DNA of 64,000 bases from Cladosporium halotolerans. Lineage: Eukaryota. This document shows, piece after piece, positions 1 to 11,400 of the stretch. Under the pieces are notes generated by a model. It ran no database searches. It saw only the letters and a list, made by a program, of their open reading frames with translations, and was not told the DNA's origin. How positions within the stretch are numbered: position 1 is the stretch's first letter; the number at the start of each line of letters is the position of its first letter. Location: positions 1-64,000 of the forward strand of contig NW_027191473.1 in NCBI RefSeq assembly GCF_011745625.1, written 5' to 3'. Made by a program: the position numbers and the translations under genes.

Positions 1-96
1 CTGAATCTGATTATTCAGGTCCGAGCTCAATCAGGGACCTGATTGATTGATTACCTGATTGATTATCTGATTGAGAAAATCAAGATTCAAGATCTA
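1..96. mobile_element. Possible terminus of a DNA transposon/MITE (repeated CTGATTGA motifs)
   Basis: Several CTGATTGA(TTA) copies and a 9-bp inverted repeat TCAATCAGG-ga-CCTGATTGA (27-46). The tract ends in ...GATCTA just where the DUF336-like reading starts. The other end is outside the window, so there is no TIR/TSD confirmation. Confidence 0.3.
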
Positions 97-398
97 TGCT
101 TCATTCACATGGACAACTGTACGCGTACTACTGTAGCATCGAGATGTCCCAGGAAAAAGCCAAAACTGTTGACCTGTCCAACGGTCGTTTGCCCTCTCAG
201 GGCTTGTACAACCGCACACAACCTGGTCCTGGCAACGATCTCTGGAGTCTTCCGCTCTCTTAGGATGGGTTGGCCGTTTTCCCTGGGGGTCAGCCAATTT
301 ACGATCACGATGGCTACTTGATTGGTGCTGTGGGTGTCAGTGGTGGTACCGTCGAGCAGGATGTCAACGTGGCTATGTATGCGGCAGAATCGATTTGA
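97..398 (+). pseudogene. Disrupted GlcG/HbpS-family (DUF336) heme-binding protein, 5'-truncated
   Basis: FIHMDN (100-117) is followed by a 5-nt frameshift, then AYYCSIEMSQEKAKTV...LYNRTQPG...LWSLPLS*(TAG 261-263)DGLAVFPGGQPIYDHDGYLIGAVGVSGGTVEQDVNVAMYAAESI*(396-398). GGxPI and IGAVGVSGG..EQD are family hallmarks. Confidence 0.8.
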
Positions 399-603
399 AC
401 AACGCTGTCTCTGGAAATGTGAAAGAGTGATTCGGGAGGGGTCGCCAGGCAACTGCGCCGGCGGGGGTATCGTTGGTATTCATCTTTTAAAAAACTAAGA
501 AAACGCCATCTTGTCGGCGCCACCCTGTCATTCGTTAGCCACGTGGTCATCGTACAAGGTAAACACGTCGAGTTCACTTACGGTCTCTGCCCGCTCGGCG
601 GCG

Positions 604-894
604 CTAAAGCACCCGCCTGGCGTGGCCGCGACGGAAGGCCTCCCCAACCTCCGTCGGCCAGCACGCGCCGCAGTGAGCGGCGTGGAGGATAATCCTCTCC
701 ACGCGCCCACTGCGGCGCGGACACGCCAGGGCCCCACGCCCTGCGTGGATGTCCGAAGACTGCCCGCAGGGCTTGGGGGTGCGGCGCTCGGTATGGCCGC
801 ACCGGGTGTAGTAGACGATAAAAACTCTCTTGCACACTTTTGGAGTGTTAGTTGATGTTAGGTTCTTTGACCAGTTGCTTCCTGTGGACTTACT
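604..894 (-). CDS. Small Cys/His-rich 'MC' protein 1 (77 aa), start codon split by an intron
   Basis: Minus strand A(894)|GTAAGT...CTAAC..AAG(837)|TG TGC gives ATG. Protein MCKRVFIVYYTRCGHTERRTPKPC...ACP...HCGACW. Upstream noncoding exons are predicted at 1001-894 and 1115-1084. Confidence 0.7.
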   Translation of the reverse strand, partial: SKSTGSNWSKNLTSTNTPKVCKRVFIVYYTRCGHTERRTPKPCGQSSDIHAGRGALACPRRSGRVERIILHAAHCGACWPTEVGEAFRRGHARRVL

Positions 895-1871
895 GTCGGC
901 AAGAGAGCGGAGGAGGGGGCCGCGGCGCAGAGACGGCGGAGAGGCGGCGGGGAGGTGGAGGTGGAGGCGGCGGCGGCGGCGGCGATGGTTGTTTTGATGA
1001 TCTATGTCGACGTGTTAGCACTTGTATGATTGCAATGTGAGAGAGTAGCTTCAGCTGAGCCTCCAATGGTGGTGGACACTCACTTGATGTCGCGGTGGAT
1101 GATGTTGTGGTAGCGCTGCAGTCCATGTTAGCATCCATATCGATTGACCTCGCGAGTTTTATGCTGCAAATCATGAAGCAGGCCTGTGTTGGACGTGTAG
1201 ATAAGTCGGTCAGGCAGTATCGAAAGGGGATTGACACCAGGAAAGGGGATATACGCACAATCTTGGTATGTGTTCGCCTGAGGAGAAGAGAGGAGTCTCA
1301 AGCAAACGAGCTGGCCGGCTGAAGGATTAGAGGCTCCCACGCACAGGCCCTCCCAGTGACTCCGTTCACAAGCCTCACTCCTGATCCTCAGGTCTCTTCT
1401 CAACGACTTCGAGCATGTGATTCACTTCACCCCAGCCTTCCACTCTTGCTCGTGATTCATATTTCATGTGACATGTGCAGAATTTGGAGGGGGCTGTACT
1501 GCTATGAGATGTGTTGCGTTCCAATTGATGATAACAAAATCGATTCACATGCCATGCAACTTGAGAAGCTCACTGATGGATACACATCGCTTGACTAGCC
1601 TGTCGGTGACTGGAAGAATAAAAGGTCCCATTGGCATTTAGGTCTGACCGTGAAGGCCATAGGATTAGCTCGCCCATCCTGTCGATTCTACGAATGTGGA
1701 AATTCTGGCTTGATCAACGTCGAAATGCACAACATCGCAGGTTGTCCACTGAGTTTGGTGACGGTGGACGTGAGTCGACCAAATTCTGTTACAAGCAGGA
1801 CTGGCCCTCCAACGTCTCGATTGATTCAGTTGCCTTGATGAAAAATCAAAGTCCAGCCTGATGTCTCACGC

Positions 1872-2612
1872 TTACAGCTCTACCGCGTTTGACCGTATGA
1901 ACTTCACGCCATGCTGTTCCATTTCTCCCTTATTCGCCGCAATAGCCCCCTCGCCCTGATCCACCGCTTTCGATGCGTCCTCAACCAAGAAAGTCTCGTA
2001 CCCAGCGTCGGCAGCATCAATCGCTGTACATTTGACGCAATAATCAAATGCCAGGCCGCAAACAAACACTCGTTTGATCTGCGATGCTTTGAGAAGATTG
2101 GGCAGATCGCTCATGCCAACAGCGGGCTCGCGGAAAGGTGGCCCAAAAGCTGAGTACGCTTCAACTCGACGGTCTCCCCCCTTCTTGATGATGCACTGAA
2201 GACTTGAGGTGTCAAGCTCCGGTATGAGCTCGCAGCCTCTGGTTCCTTGTATGCAATGGTCGGGCCACAGAATTGTAGTCTGCTCTTCTGCCTCGTCCCC
2301 TACTGCCTCTGGGTTGCGGATCGTGTGCGTAGATGTAAATGGTTCTTTCCCGGGATGCTGGCTGGCGAAAGAGCAGTGATCCTTCGGATGGTAGTCTTGG
2401 GTGGCAAACTTGAGCTTGAATGGCAGTGCTAGGAGCTGATTGATAACGGGGGCAATGTCGCGACCTCCAGAGACTGCGAGCGCCCCATCCTGAGATAGAG
2501 TCAGACATCTCCTTCATCAACCAGCGGATTCGCATCACCAGCTTACAGGTGGACAGAAGTCTTCCTGCATATCGATGACAGCCAGCGCAGCATCTTCCGC
2601 GACCGAAGGCAT
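1872..2612 (-). CDS. PNC1: Nicotinamidase/pyrazinamidase (isochorismatase family)
   Basis: Exons 2612-2547 and 2489-1872 (intron GTAAGC...TCAG). Motifs VIDMQEDFCPP-DGALAV, TQDYHP, LWPDHCIQGT, IKKG, YSAF, GLAFDYCVKCTA. Confidence 0.93.
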
Positions 2613-4470
2613 ATTGAAAAGCTTCAGAAGTGTCGATTCCTGAATTTAATCAGGTGAAATATCCCTGTTTGCTATCGTGAGCGTACGGAGATGATCCTCG
2701 GCGCAGAAGTCTAAGGGTTCCGTGTGGAAGAGATGGAAGTGGTGGCGTGTGGAGCACTGCTGCAGTACTGTAGTCCAGCCGCAGAAGAAGCAATCGCGAT
2801 TCAGCTGTCGACGCAAACAATCACCAGAGAATCGATGGCAGTTTCGCCCTCGAATGTCAAGTTCGAGATGCCTGATGTGTGATCTTCTCTTGTTTTGCTG
2901 GTTTTCTCACGAGTGATGAAGTCGACACATCGTTTAGCTCGGCCTAGCGGGAAGCATTTCCGATCGGCTGGGTGAGCTTGTCTGGACTACACTTCCATCA
3001 CTGCAACCATGTATTTTGATGCTAAAACATCAACGAGTGCATCAAACTCTCTGTAACTTGGCTGGTTTGAGTTGGGGCTTCATTCAATTCGGCTTTGCAA
3101 GATACTATTGCTCGCTGTATGGCCCGCGCCCACACACACCTGCCACGGCACGGAGACCCACATTTATGTTTGTTGCAAATGCGAATCATCGGCACGCTGA
3201 GTTATTAATTGCTTCAGCCTAATTTTATTTTATACTACTTGACCACGGGTCGCATGCGTTTGCTCGTCAACATCAGCCTCTATATAGTTGATTCTAGGGA
3301 CGTGGGAGTGGATTAAACCTCAGGGGCGCAGGGGCAATGACTTTGAACTGAAGGCGTGCATATCAGCTCTCTTCAAGAGTAGCATGGGTTTTATATTTCT
3401 CTGCTTCTTGTTGACACTTGCGACATCTGTATTGTAAAAGCGCCATCTACAATCGATTTACGCAAAGCTGTTTCGTTTCCTTTGGCCCCTTGTGAATTGT
3501 CACGTCGCTTGTTTGTGTATAGCCAAGCCATCATAGTTCGATAGTAGACAGCCACATCTGCTGAAAGATCTCTACTCCAATGGCTCACGAAGAGAGAAGC
3601 TTGCCCTTGCCACGGTGTTTGGTTCAGCAACTATCGACTCCTAGTTGATACTACTTCGCGTCGCATCGTACTCTTGTTGAAGACCGTATCAATCGCAAAG
3701 GATAGCCTGACATGCGTTTTTCTGACAATCGATTGATCTGCCTCCAGCCCCCTCATCAGCTAGGGGCATTATACGGTGGAGTTACGGCAGGATCTTAAGG
3801 AATACTCTGTTCATGCACAAGCCGCGAGGTAATCAGATCTTCAAACACTTTCACGTCACTAGGGGCATCGCTATTGATTAGAGACCTAGTGCAAATGTTA
3901 GAATGCAGCATCGCTGGCGACGCTGGACGTTTTGGGTTTCGTAGTTGCCCCCACTCCCGAGCGCACTCTCCAGACCTCTACTTATTGTCGTTGCCTGGCG
4001 CGTGGATGGCACGTGCTCCCGCAAGGCGCTTGGAGCTCACTTAAGCCCACAACTTGCCACGCTGCTTCTCCTTGACATCCGACAAGCACATCGGTGAGTA
4101 TACCCACACCCCCATTCGCATCACGTCAACAATGAACAGGTTATGTCTGTTCCCCACAGACACGACTAGATGCATCAGGAGCTGCTATCAGCATTAGCGG
4201 ACTCATTGTAGCCATTGATAGATTTACTGACCAGATCGCGACAGCAGACCACCATCAACTCCTGCTCCCCTCCACCACCACCACAACGTAAGTACGCTTC
4301 AGTCTTCGGCCCCTGATAGTAGCACCTTCAGCGCCTTTTGGACTTTATCGAGCCAGGTTCAGATAGGCAGTCGTCATGTCGATTACGCTTCCGCTCGCGT
4401 CTCCCTCGACACCTCAGCTACCTATCAAGTCGATGAAGCATTCGCTGACCACACGTCTAAGTAGACCACC

Positions 4471-5028
4471 ATGTGCGTCGATTGCTTCCTCGTGAAGTGG
4501 GAGTGTCGTGCGGGCTGCACGCACGAAGAGGTGAGGACACGCCGTCCTTGCCAGCAATACCTGCCGGCAGGGGAGGCCGCGCGTGGATTTGCGGACGTCG
4601 CCTGCCCGCTCTCCGGGCCGGGCGACTGCACGCAGGTCTGGCGCGGTCCTTGCCCCGTGCATCGTGTCGGTCCGCCGACATTCCCACTTCTGCTGGCCGG
4701 AAATCGCCAGCTTCTTCCGTTGGCGGCGCTCCGCTATCCGGTGGCGTGGGCGCCGTGGAGAACTTGGCCGCCTGAGGGGGCGGCCGATCTCTCGCGCGCG
4801 CCCAGGCCCCGGCCGCCGACGCCGCCGCCTTCGCCTCCCCCTCCTCCCCCTCCTCCTCCTCCGCCGACGCCGCCGCCACCGCCGCAGCAGCAGCAGCAAT
4901 GTACGTATCGTCCCTTTTCCTTTCTCTCCTACAATCTCAGCGCGTCAGCACAGCGAGCAAGTTCCAGCAACTCTGGCTACTGGAATTGCGATTATGCCCA
5001 GGAGAACAAGAGAGACCAAGAAAAATAG
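4471..5028 (+). CDS. Small Cys/His-rich 'MC' protein 2 with Pro-rich tail (185 aa unspliced; 143 aa if intron 4901-5530 is removed)
   Basis: Acceptor (GCTGAC 4444-4449, TAG 4462-4464) then ACCACC-ATG. MCVDC...GCTHEEVRTRRPC...ACPLSG...CPVH aligns with MC1. Upstream donors GTGAGT 4094 and GTAAGT 4288. Confidence 0.65.
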   Translation: MCVDCFLVKWECRAGCTHEEVRTRRPCQQYLPAGEAARGFADVACPLSGPGDCTQVWRGPCPVHRVGPPTFPLLLAGNRQLLPLAALRYPVAWAPWRTWPPEGAADLSRAPRPRPPTPPPSPPPPPPPPPPPTPPPPPQQQQQCTYRPFSFLSYNLSASAQRASSSNSGYWNCDYAQENKRDQEK

Positions 5029-5559
5029 GATACGGAACCTGTTGGATCGATCACGACGTGGGCATTGGAAACATGCCGACGCGTAGAAGCACTATCACTC
5101 TATAAGCCCTACGTGGGCAATACATCTTCTCAGTGGCCATACAAACCCCTGCTGCAGCTGCCGTGTCTGGAAGGGCCGGATCGTCACATATTCTCGGCAA
5201 GGCCCACCACATGCGAGATTCGCAGAGGCTCGCTCTCGGAGCGACGTTGATGTTTGCATCCGCGTGCTGCCGGCACTCTGTCTCAGACGTCGGATCGTCC
5301 TGGCCAAGCCGTGCCGCCCCGCTTTGAGGGGCTCACCAGGATGACGCAGGCCGCCCGCACCCAAGAAAGTTGTGCCTGATCCGCCGGCTGCCCGCCTGGT
5401 CAACGAACGTGCTTGCTGTGCTGCGCCTGACTTCTGACCACCAAACCTTCTGCCTCTGCCTTTCACCCACCCTCACTTCACTCGCTACCCACCTTCCCAC
5501 CCCAACTGACTAACGCTGTCTTCTCTGCAGAGGCTGCGCAGCTCGAACACGACGGCAAG

Positions 5560-7092
5560 ATGGTTCTCGGACACGGACACCGCAAGAGCATGGGCAGCGC
5601 CCGCAGCAGCATGGATGGCACCGAGACCGACGAGGACGAGACCGTGGTGTCCTCCGAGCAGGGAAACGTCCTCACGCACATCATCAGCCAGCTGCGTCCC
5701 GGCGCCGAACTCTCCCGTGTTACGCTGCCGACTTTCATCCTGGAGCCGCGCAGCATGCTTGAAAGAATCACGAACTTCATGGCTCACCCCGACACCCTAC
5801 TTCCCCTGCCCACCATCGACGACCCTGTCCAGCGTTTCGTAGCCGTCACCAAATTCTACCTTTCCGGCTGGCACATCAAGCCAGCAGGCGTCAAGAAACC
5901 GCTCAACCCGATCCTTGGCGAGACATTTACCGGATATTGGGACTACGCAGACGGCACTCGCGGCTACTACATTTCCGAGCAAACATCACACCACCCGCCC
6001 AAGTCATCATACTTTTTCCTCGCGCCAGAGCATCACATCCGGATAGACGGCACTTTGAAGCCACGCAGCAAGTTTCTTGGGAACAGTGTGGGCAGCTTTA
6101 TGGAGGGAATTGCTGTTATGCGTTTTCAGAACAGGAACGAGAGATAGTGAGTTCCGCAATTCCCGCTGATCACGTTTGCTGAGTCACTAACCGTCATTAG
6201 TTTCATTACCCAACCCAACATGTACGCGCGCGGCATTCTCTTCGGCAAGATGAAGTACGAGCTCGGAGATCACGCAGTCGTTCGTTGCCCTGAGACCGGT
6301 CTTGAAGTAGACATTGAATTCAAGGTCAAGGGCTGGGTAGGCGGCTCGTACAACGCAATTGGCGGCTTCATCAAAGAAACCAAGTCTGGAAAGAACCTTT
6401 TCGAGCTTTCCGGGTACTGGAATGGCGAAATGTACGTCAAGGACTTGGCCACAGGCAAGAAAGAGCTGCTGTTTGATGCTACACACGCAAAACCGCACAT
6501 CCCGAAGGCAAGACCTCTTGAAGAGCAGGCTCCACGAGAAAGCCAGAAGCTCTGGGATGCAACCAACCGAGCGATCAAGAAGAGTGACCACAGAGGCGCG
6601 ACCGACGCTAAGACGGCTATTGAAGAAGAGCAGCGAAGAGAGGCTGCTGAGCGAGGAGAGGGACACGTATGGCAGCCAAAGCTTTTCAAGGCGGCTCCAC
6701 CAGGTGACGAAGAGAACCTTGACTGGATCATCGCGGCGCACGTCGACTCACAAGCACCGCCCGAGAAGCAGATCGAGCAAGTCCTCGCTATCGCACCCGT
6801 TCTCCCCGGCCAGCACCACGCCACTTTTGCCGCCGAAAAGGCACTCCCCTCACAGCAAGGCAAAGAACTGCCGCCTCAAGACAGGCCCCAGGCCTCAGGC
6901 GCGAATGACCTTATCGACTTCGGGCAGAACGACGGCACTTCAGCTACCCCTTCACAGCCCACCAAGACCGCACAGCCCTCCGGTGCACCGCCAGGACTAC
7001 AGGCACCTCTTGTCCCTAGCACAAGCAACAAGGTCTACCGATCAGACTCGCTGGACGGCAATGAGGAGGCGTTCGTCGACGCCGAGTCATGA
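5560..7092 (+). CDS. OSH6: Oxysterol-binding protein, Osh6/Osh7 type
   Basis: Exons 5560-6146 and 6201-7092. Motifs LSRVTLPTFILEPRSMLE, KKPLNPILGE, EQTSHHPP, TQPNMYARGILFGKM. Confidence 0.93.
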
Positions 7093-7784
7093 GCGCTCTG
7101 CGCCTTTCCACCAACTTCACCATTTCCTTGCCGCGTTGCTTTTTTGGTTCAACCCTCTTCTGGTCTTGAAAAATAATGAGCGTTGTGTTGCATACGGTTA
7201 CACAGCTACAAAACTTGCTGATGAAATGAGAGCGGCCGCTACTGATGCGAGCCTTGAAATCTTCAAATCGTTCACCTTTCCCAAGTGTTGTGACGTCCAA
7301 ATGTTTCCACGTTTTATTCGAATCCTAAGAGTAAACGTCGCGCAACTGCGGTCACGCGCTCTAATATATAAATACCAGCCGCCGAAGACAACATGTGATG
7401 GCACGCGCGTTCTGCGGCCGACGAATGGCCAAAAAAGTACCGTAGCCTGTTATTCCTCGCTCCATGCGACAAGTGAGGTAGAAGGGTAATCAATCCCGCG
7501 TGACAGAAATATGTCTTCGAGAGATAATTTTCAGCGAAGAGCTATAGCATGATTCCGGCATGAAATGAAGGCCAAAACTCATGCTTGAAAATTCAATACG
7601 TCCTACCGACATCCTATTATGCGGCCAAACATGAGCGGGACCCGGTGGGTTCCCATTCCGTCTCCTCTGCGTCCCATATCCCAGTGCGCCTGACTCCTCG
7701 CTTGAACAAGAAAATGATTTGGTTTTTTGATCGCCAGTGCCATGGCTTGCCCTCGTCGAACTCCGGATGTCATGTCATTTGTGC

Positions 7785-8200
7785 CTATCGGTTGGTCGTC
7801 TTGAGGATCTCACGCTCGGCGGGGTTGTACCTGGTTTTAAATTAGTCTTGCTCGAGTCGTCACATACAAGGCAGGCGACCACGTACCTGAGAAGCTTCTC
7901 AATAAGGTCGACGTGCGTGAGCAGCATGCGGCGGCAGCAGTAGCGGGTCAGGCCCAGATCGTCAAGAGCTTGTCTGTAGGTGCCGGTTAGGCCTCGATCC
8001 AGTGGCTTTATCTATAGCTTTGGAAAGTCGCATACCCTTCAGTCAGGCCCTCACCGCTCTCCGGGTCAATCAGCTTGACGTATTTGGTCCAGAGGTCACC
8101 GACGACCTGTCGCGAAAGTTGTTAGTCTGGCGTGCCACGTGCAAGACGCATCGCGGGCGCTTACCTTGCCGCAGGAGAAGCAGCGAACGGGAATGATCAT
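7785..8200 (-). CDS. RPB10: RNA polymerases I/II/III shared subunit RPABC5
   Basis: Exons 8200-8165, 8106-8036, 7973-7887 and 7830-7785 give [18 protein letters not shown]...[27 protein letters not shown]. Confidence 0.97.
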
Positions 8201-8444
8201 TTTGACGGTCTGCGACGGATTTGCGAAGCTTTCGGGTGCGTATGAGGGCGGCGATGTTGTTGTGGCCTTCTCGGTGGTCTCGGTGCAAGAATGGTGTCTG
8301 CGGCGGCAGAACGCGGGCGGTGAGCGGAGGTTTGCTCCAGAAAAGTTCACGCAAGCGCGGGCTTTCGAGGCGAAATCTACTCCAGCTGCAACCTCGACCT
8401 CGGCCTTTCGCACTTCCTTAGCACTTGCAGGATTGAGGGAGAAT
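8201..8444. promoter_or_regulatory. Compact bidirectional promoter RPB10/NAN1
   Basis: 244 bp between divergent ATGs. Contains an RRPE-like GAAAAGTT element (~8340). Confidence 0.55.
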
Positions 8445-11400
8445 ATGGCTGGTCCAAAAAGCCCTTTGGATGCCACTGGCAAAAAGCGCAAGCAGAGTGC
8501 TGAGGACAGCCCTGCCGCCAACAATCAAAAGAGACTGAAGAAAGATGTCGCGAATGCGAATGCCTCAACTCCGAACAAGTCTGGCAAGGGGTCGGCGAAG
8601 AAAGATGAGGCAAGGCAGTCTGCCAATGGAGAGAGCACACCGAAAGAACAGTCTAGCTTGAGCAAAAAGGAACGGAAGGAATTGAAAAAAGAGGTCGAAC
8701 AAAAGAGCGCATCGGAAACGAACCCTGCAGTCGCCACACCCTCGAAGCATACCAAATCTGTTCCTCTCGCGCCAGCTGACAACACGCCTTTGACCGATGA
8801 GCAGAGGCGCCAGCGTGCCGCCGAGAAGAAGGCAAGGAGGCAGTCTGAGAAACTCGCGAGAGCCGCAGATGTCGCAGCGACGCCCCAGACAATCTCTAAG
8901 ACGAAGTCGGCGAAAAAGCCATCGTCTGGCGTCACGAAGAGCAACACTGGAAAATCCTCTGCCTGGAATATGTCAGCAGCCTCTGCTGGGCGATACATTG
9001 CACGCGATCCCATCTTCGTTACGGACGCGGCTGGAGAAAGATACATTGCGGCGGCGACAGCTCGTGAAATCCAAGTGCTTTCTCTTGAAACATCGCTCTC
9101 GGTCCGAGCCCTTCAGATCAGTGGCACTGTTGTAGGATTTTGCCAGGAGCCTGGTTCATCCGCCATCAGCATTCTGGACAGCACCGGAAACATTACCACC
9201 TGGGAATGGGAACAAAACAAGACAAGGGTTGGCGCTGCGCCGCAGACCCATGCATTGAAGTCATACGTTGCTGCCCACGTCGAGGTAGCTGAGGGAAAGC
9301 ACCGCCCCGTGCGTATTATTCTTTCTGCTACTGACAAGGGAAGCACTGTTTATATCGACCAAAAGAGTGCCTACAAGACGAAAACTGCTCTCACAGATTT
9401 GCGCGTTGTCGGCAACATGGATGTCATCATGGCCACTGGATCCAACGTCGTCATTTTGGGAAGGCGTAAAGCCAGCTCGAGCGACGAATATATCTGGGCT
9501 GAGCTGCCGACCTCTGGTGGACTTACTTGCGCTTCGATTGCTATCAGGCGTGATGGCCAGCCCGGCACACCTCCCGGTCTCCGTCTTGCGATCGGCAACA
9601 AGGACGGTCAAATCCACCTTTACGAAGAGGTGTCTCGTCTATTCAACGGCAAAGACCTCCCGTCACCGAGAGTCTTGCACTGGCATCGCGAGGCTGTCTC
9701 CTCTGTCAAATTCACGCCCGACAACCAGTACTTGATCTCTGGAGGCAAAGAAACGGTCTTGGTTCTCTGGCAACTCGAAACCGGCAAGAAGCAATTCCTG
9801 CCGCATTTAACTTCGGAGGTGGAGCGTCTTGTTATTAGCCCTGAAGGCGACAGGTATGCTGTCCAGATGGGCGACAACTCTATCATGGTTCTTTCCAGTA
9901 GTGAACTCAAACCTGTGGCGAACTTTGCTGGACTCCAAATGCCGGTCTCGCCTCAGAATCTGGGTGCGTCACATGGAGCGGCGCAATTGGCGAGTGTCAC
10001 CGCCATCCTGCACCCCCAGCAAAACGACCAGCTTCTCTTGGCTGTTCCAGCTACTCAGCCGAAGACCAATGACGACGTTGCTGCTCGGCCTTTCCTTCAA
10101 GCTTTCGATATTTACAACTCCCGCCACATTACTCGCCAAGCTCTTACCAGGAACAACGTCACTGATTTCAACCTTGGCCCTGAGCGAACTCCTATCATCC
10201 CGCCTGACGTCGCGTTCTTAGCGATCAGCCATGACGGCGAATGGCTTGCCACAGTAGACGAATGGCTGCCGCCTGCGTCTGATGTGCAGTATCTGGCAGC
10301 CGATGAGGACCAAGTTGAAGAAGAGCAGCTCAAGAGGCGCGAAGTCCACCTGAAGTTCTGGCAGTGGAGTTCAGCGCAAAGTGTATGGACTCTTACAACA
10401 CGAGTCGACGCACCCCACTCCCGAGCTTCAGATGACAGCCGAGGCGCCGGCAGCGTTCTTGGACTCATTGCTAACCCCGTATCGCGTGGTTTCGTAACTG
10501 TCGGCGAGGACGCTGCGGTGAAAACGTGGAGGCCCAAGACGAGACTGAGGCACGGTATGCCTATGAAGGACGAGCAAGGCAATGAAGTGACTGAGTGGAC
10601 GTGCAAGCACAACGTGCAGCTCGAGAAGCAGCTTGCCCGCGTGGATACGCCGATATTCGATGAAGACGATGTCGAGGCGGAGCTTATGGGGCCCACCAGC
10701 GCTCATCTTGCCTTCTCCGAGGATGGGTCCACGATCGCTGCTGCTGTGTGCTACGACTTCATGGCAGAGGCGCCTGTGGCCCACTTGATTGACGCTTACG
10801 CTGGTGAGGTGAGGCACTCAAAAGACAACATCCTCGCCGCCGATCTTTGTGGATTTGGCTTCTTGGACCGCTACCTCATCACACTCTCACGGGAAACCCT
10901 TCGCGTATGGGATCTGGTTCAGGACACACTTCACTATCACGTCACACTGCCGCAAATTGCCGATGAGGCCGACCAGCCGATGCTTGCCATCAACTACCAG
11001 GATTCCACATTCGCTGTCATTGTTCCGCCTACGAAGCGCGGCAGAGGGAGCGTGGAGGTCTTCGAGCCGCAAAACTCTGAGAGCTTACACAGAGAAACGC
11101 TTGCTGCGCCTGTTGCCGCTATTCTAGCAAGCAAAGGTGCCAGAGGCTATGTACTTCTATTTGCTGACGCTACTGTGCGCATGCTGGCCAAGACCGGTAC
11201 TGTCCGCAGGCCTGTGATGCAGTCCAAGCTCGCCAGTGCCGCTGCCAATGCAAAGGCCGAGAAGGCGCTGTCTGCTTCGCAAAAGACCGCTGTCCCTGAT
11301 CTGCTCGCTTCCGCAGCTGGTGGCGCGCAAGAAGGCACAGCTTTGGAGGAGACCGAAGACGACCGCCCTGTTGTTCGTCCTGAACAGCTTGCTAGTATTT

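Noticed and set aside
2700..4000. AT-richer stretch as a RIP-degraded transposon
   Set aside because: No transposase/RT remnant or terminal repeats recognisable. It may simply be the divergent PNC1/MC2 promoter region.
8139..8444. N-terminal extension of the 1125-aa ORF
   Set aside because: It uses a non-ATG start and overlaps RPB10 exon 1/intron 1 and the shared promoter. The NAN1 start is placed at 8445.
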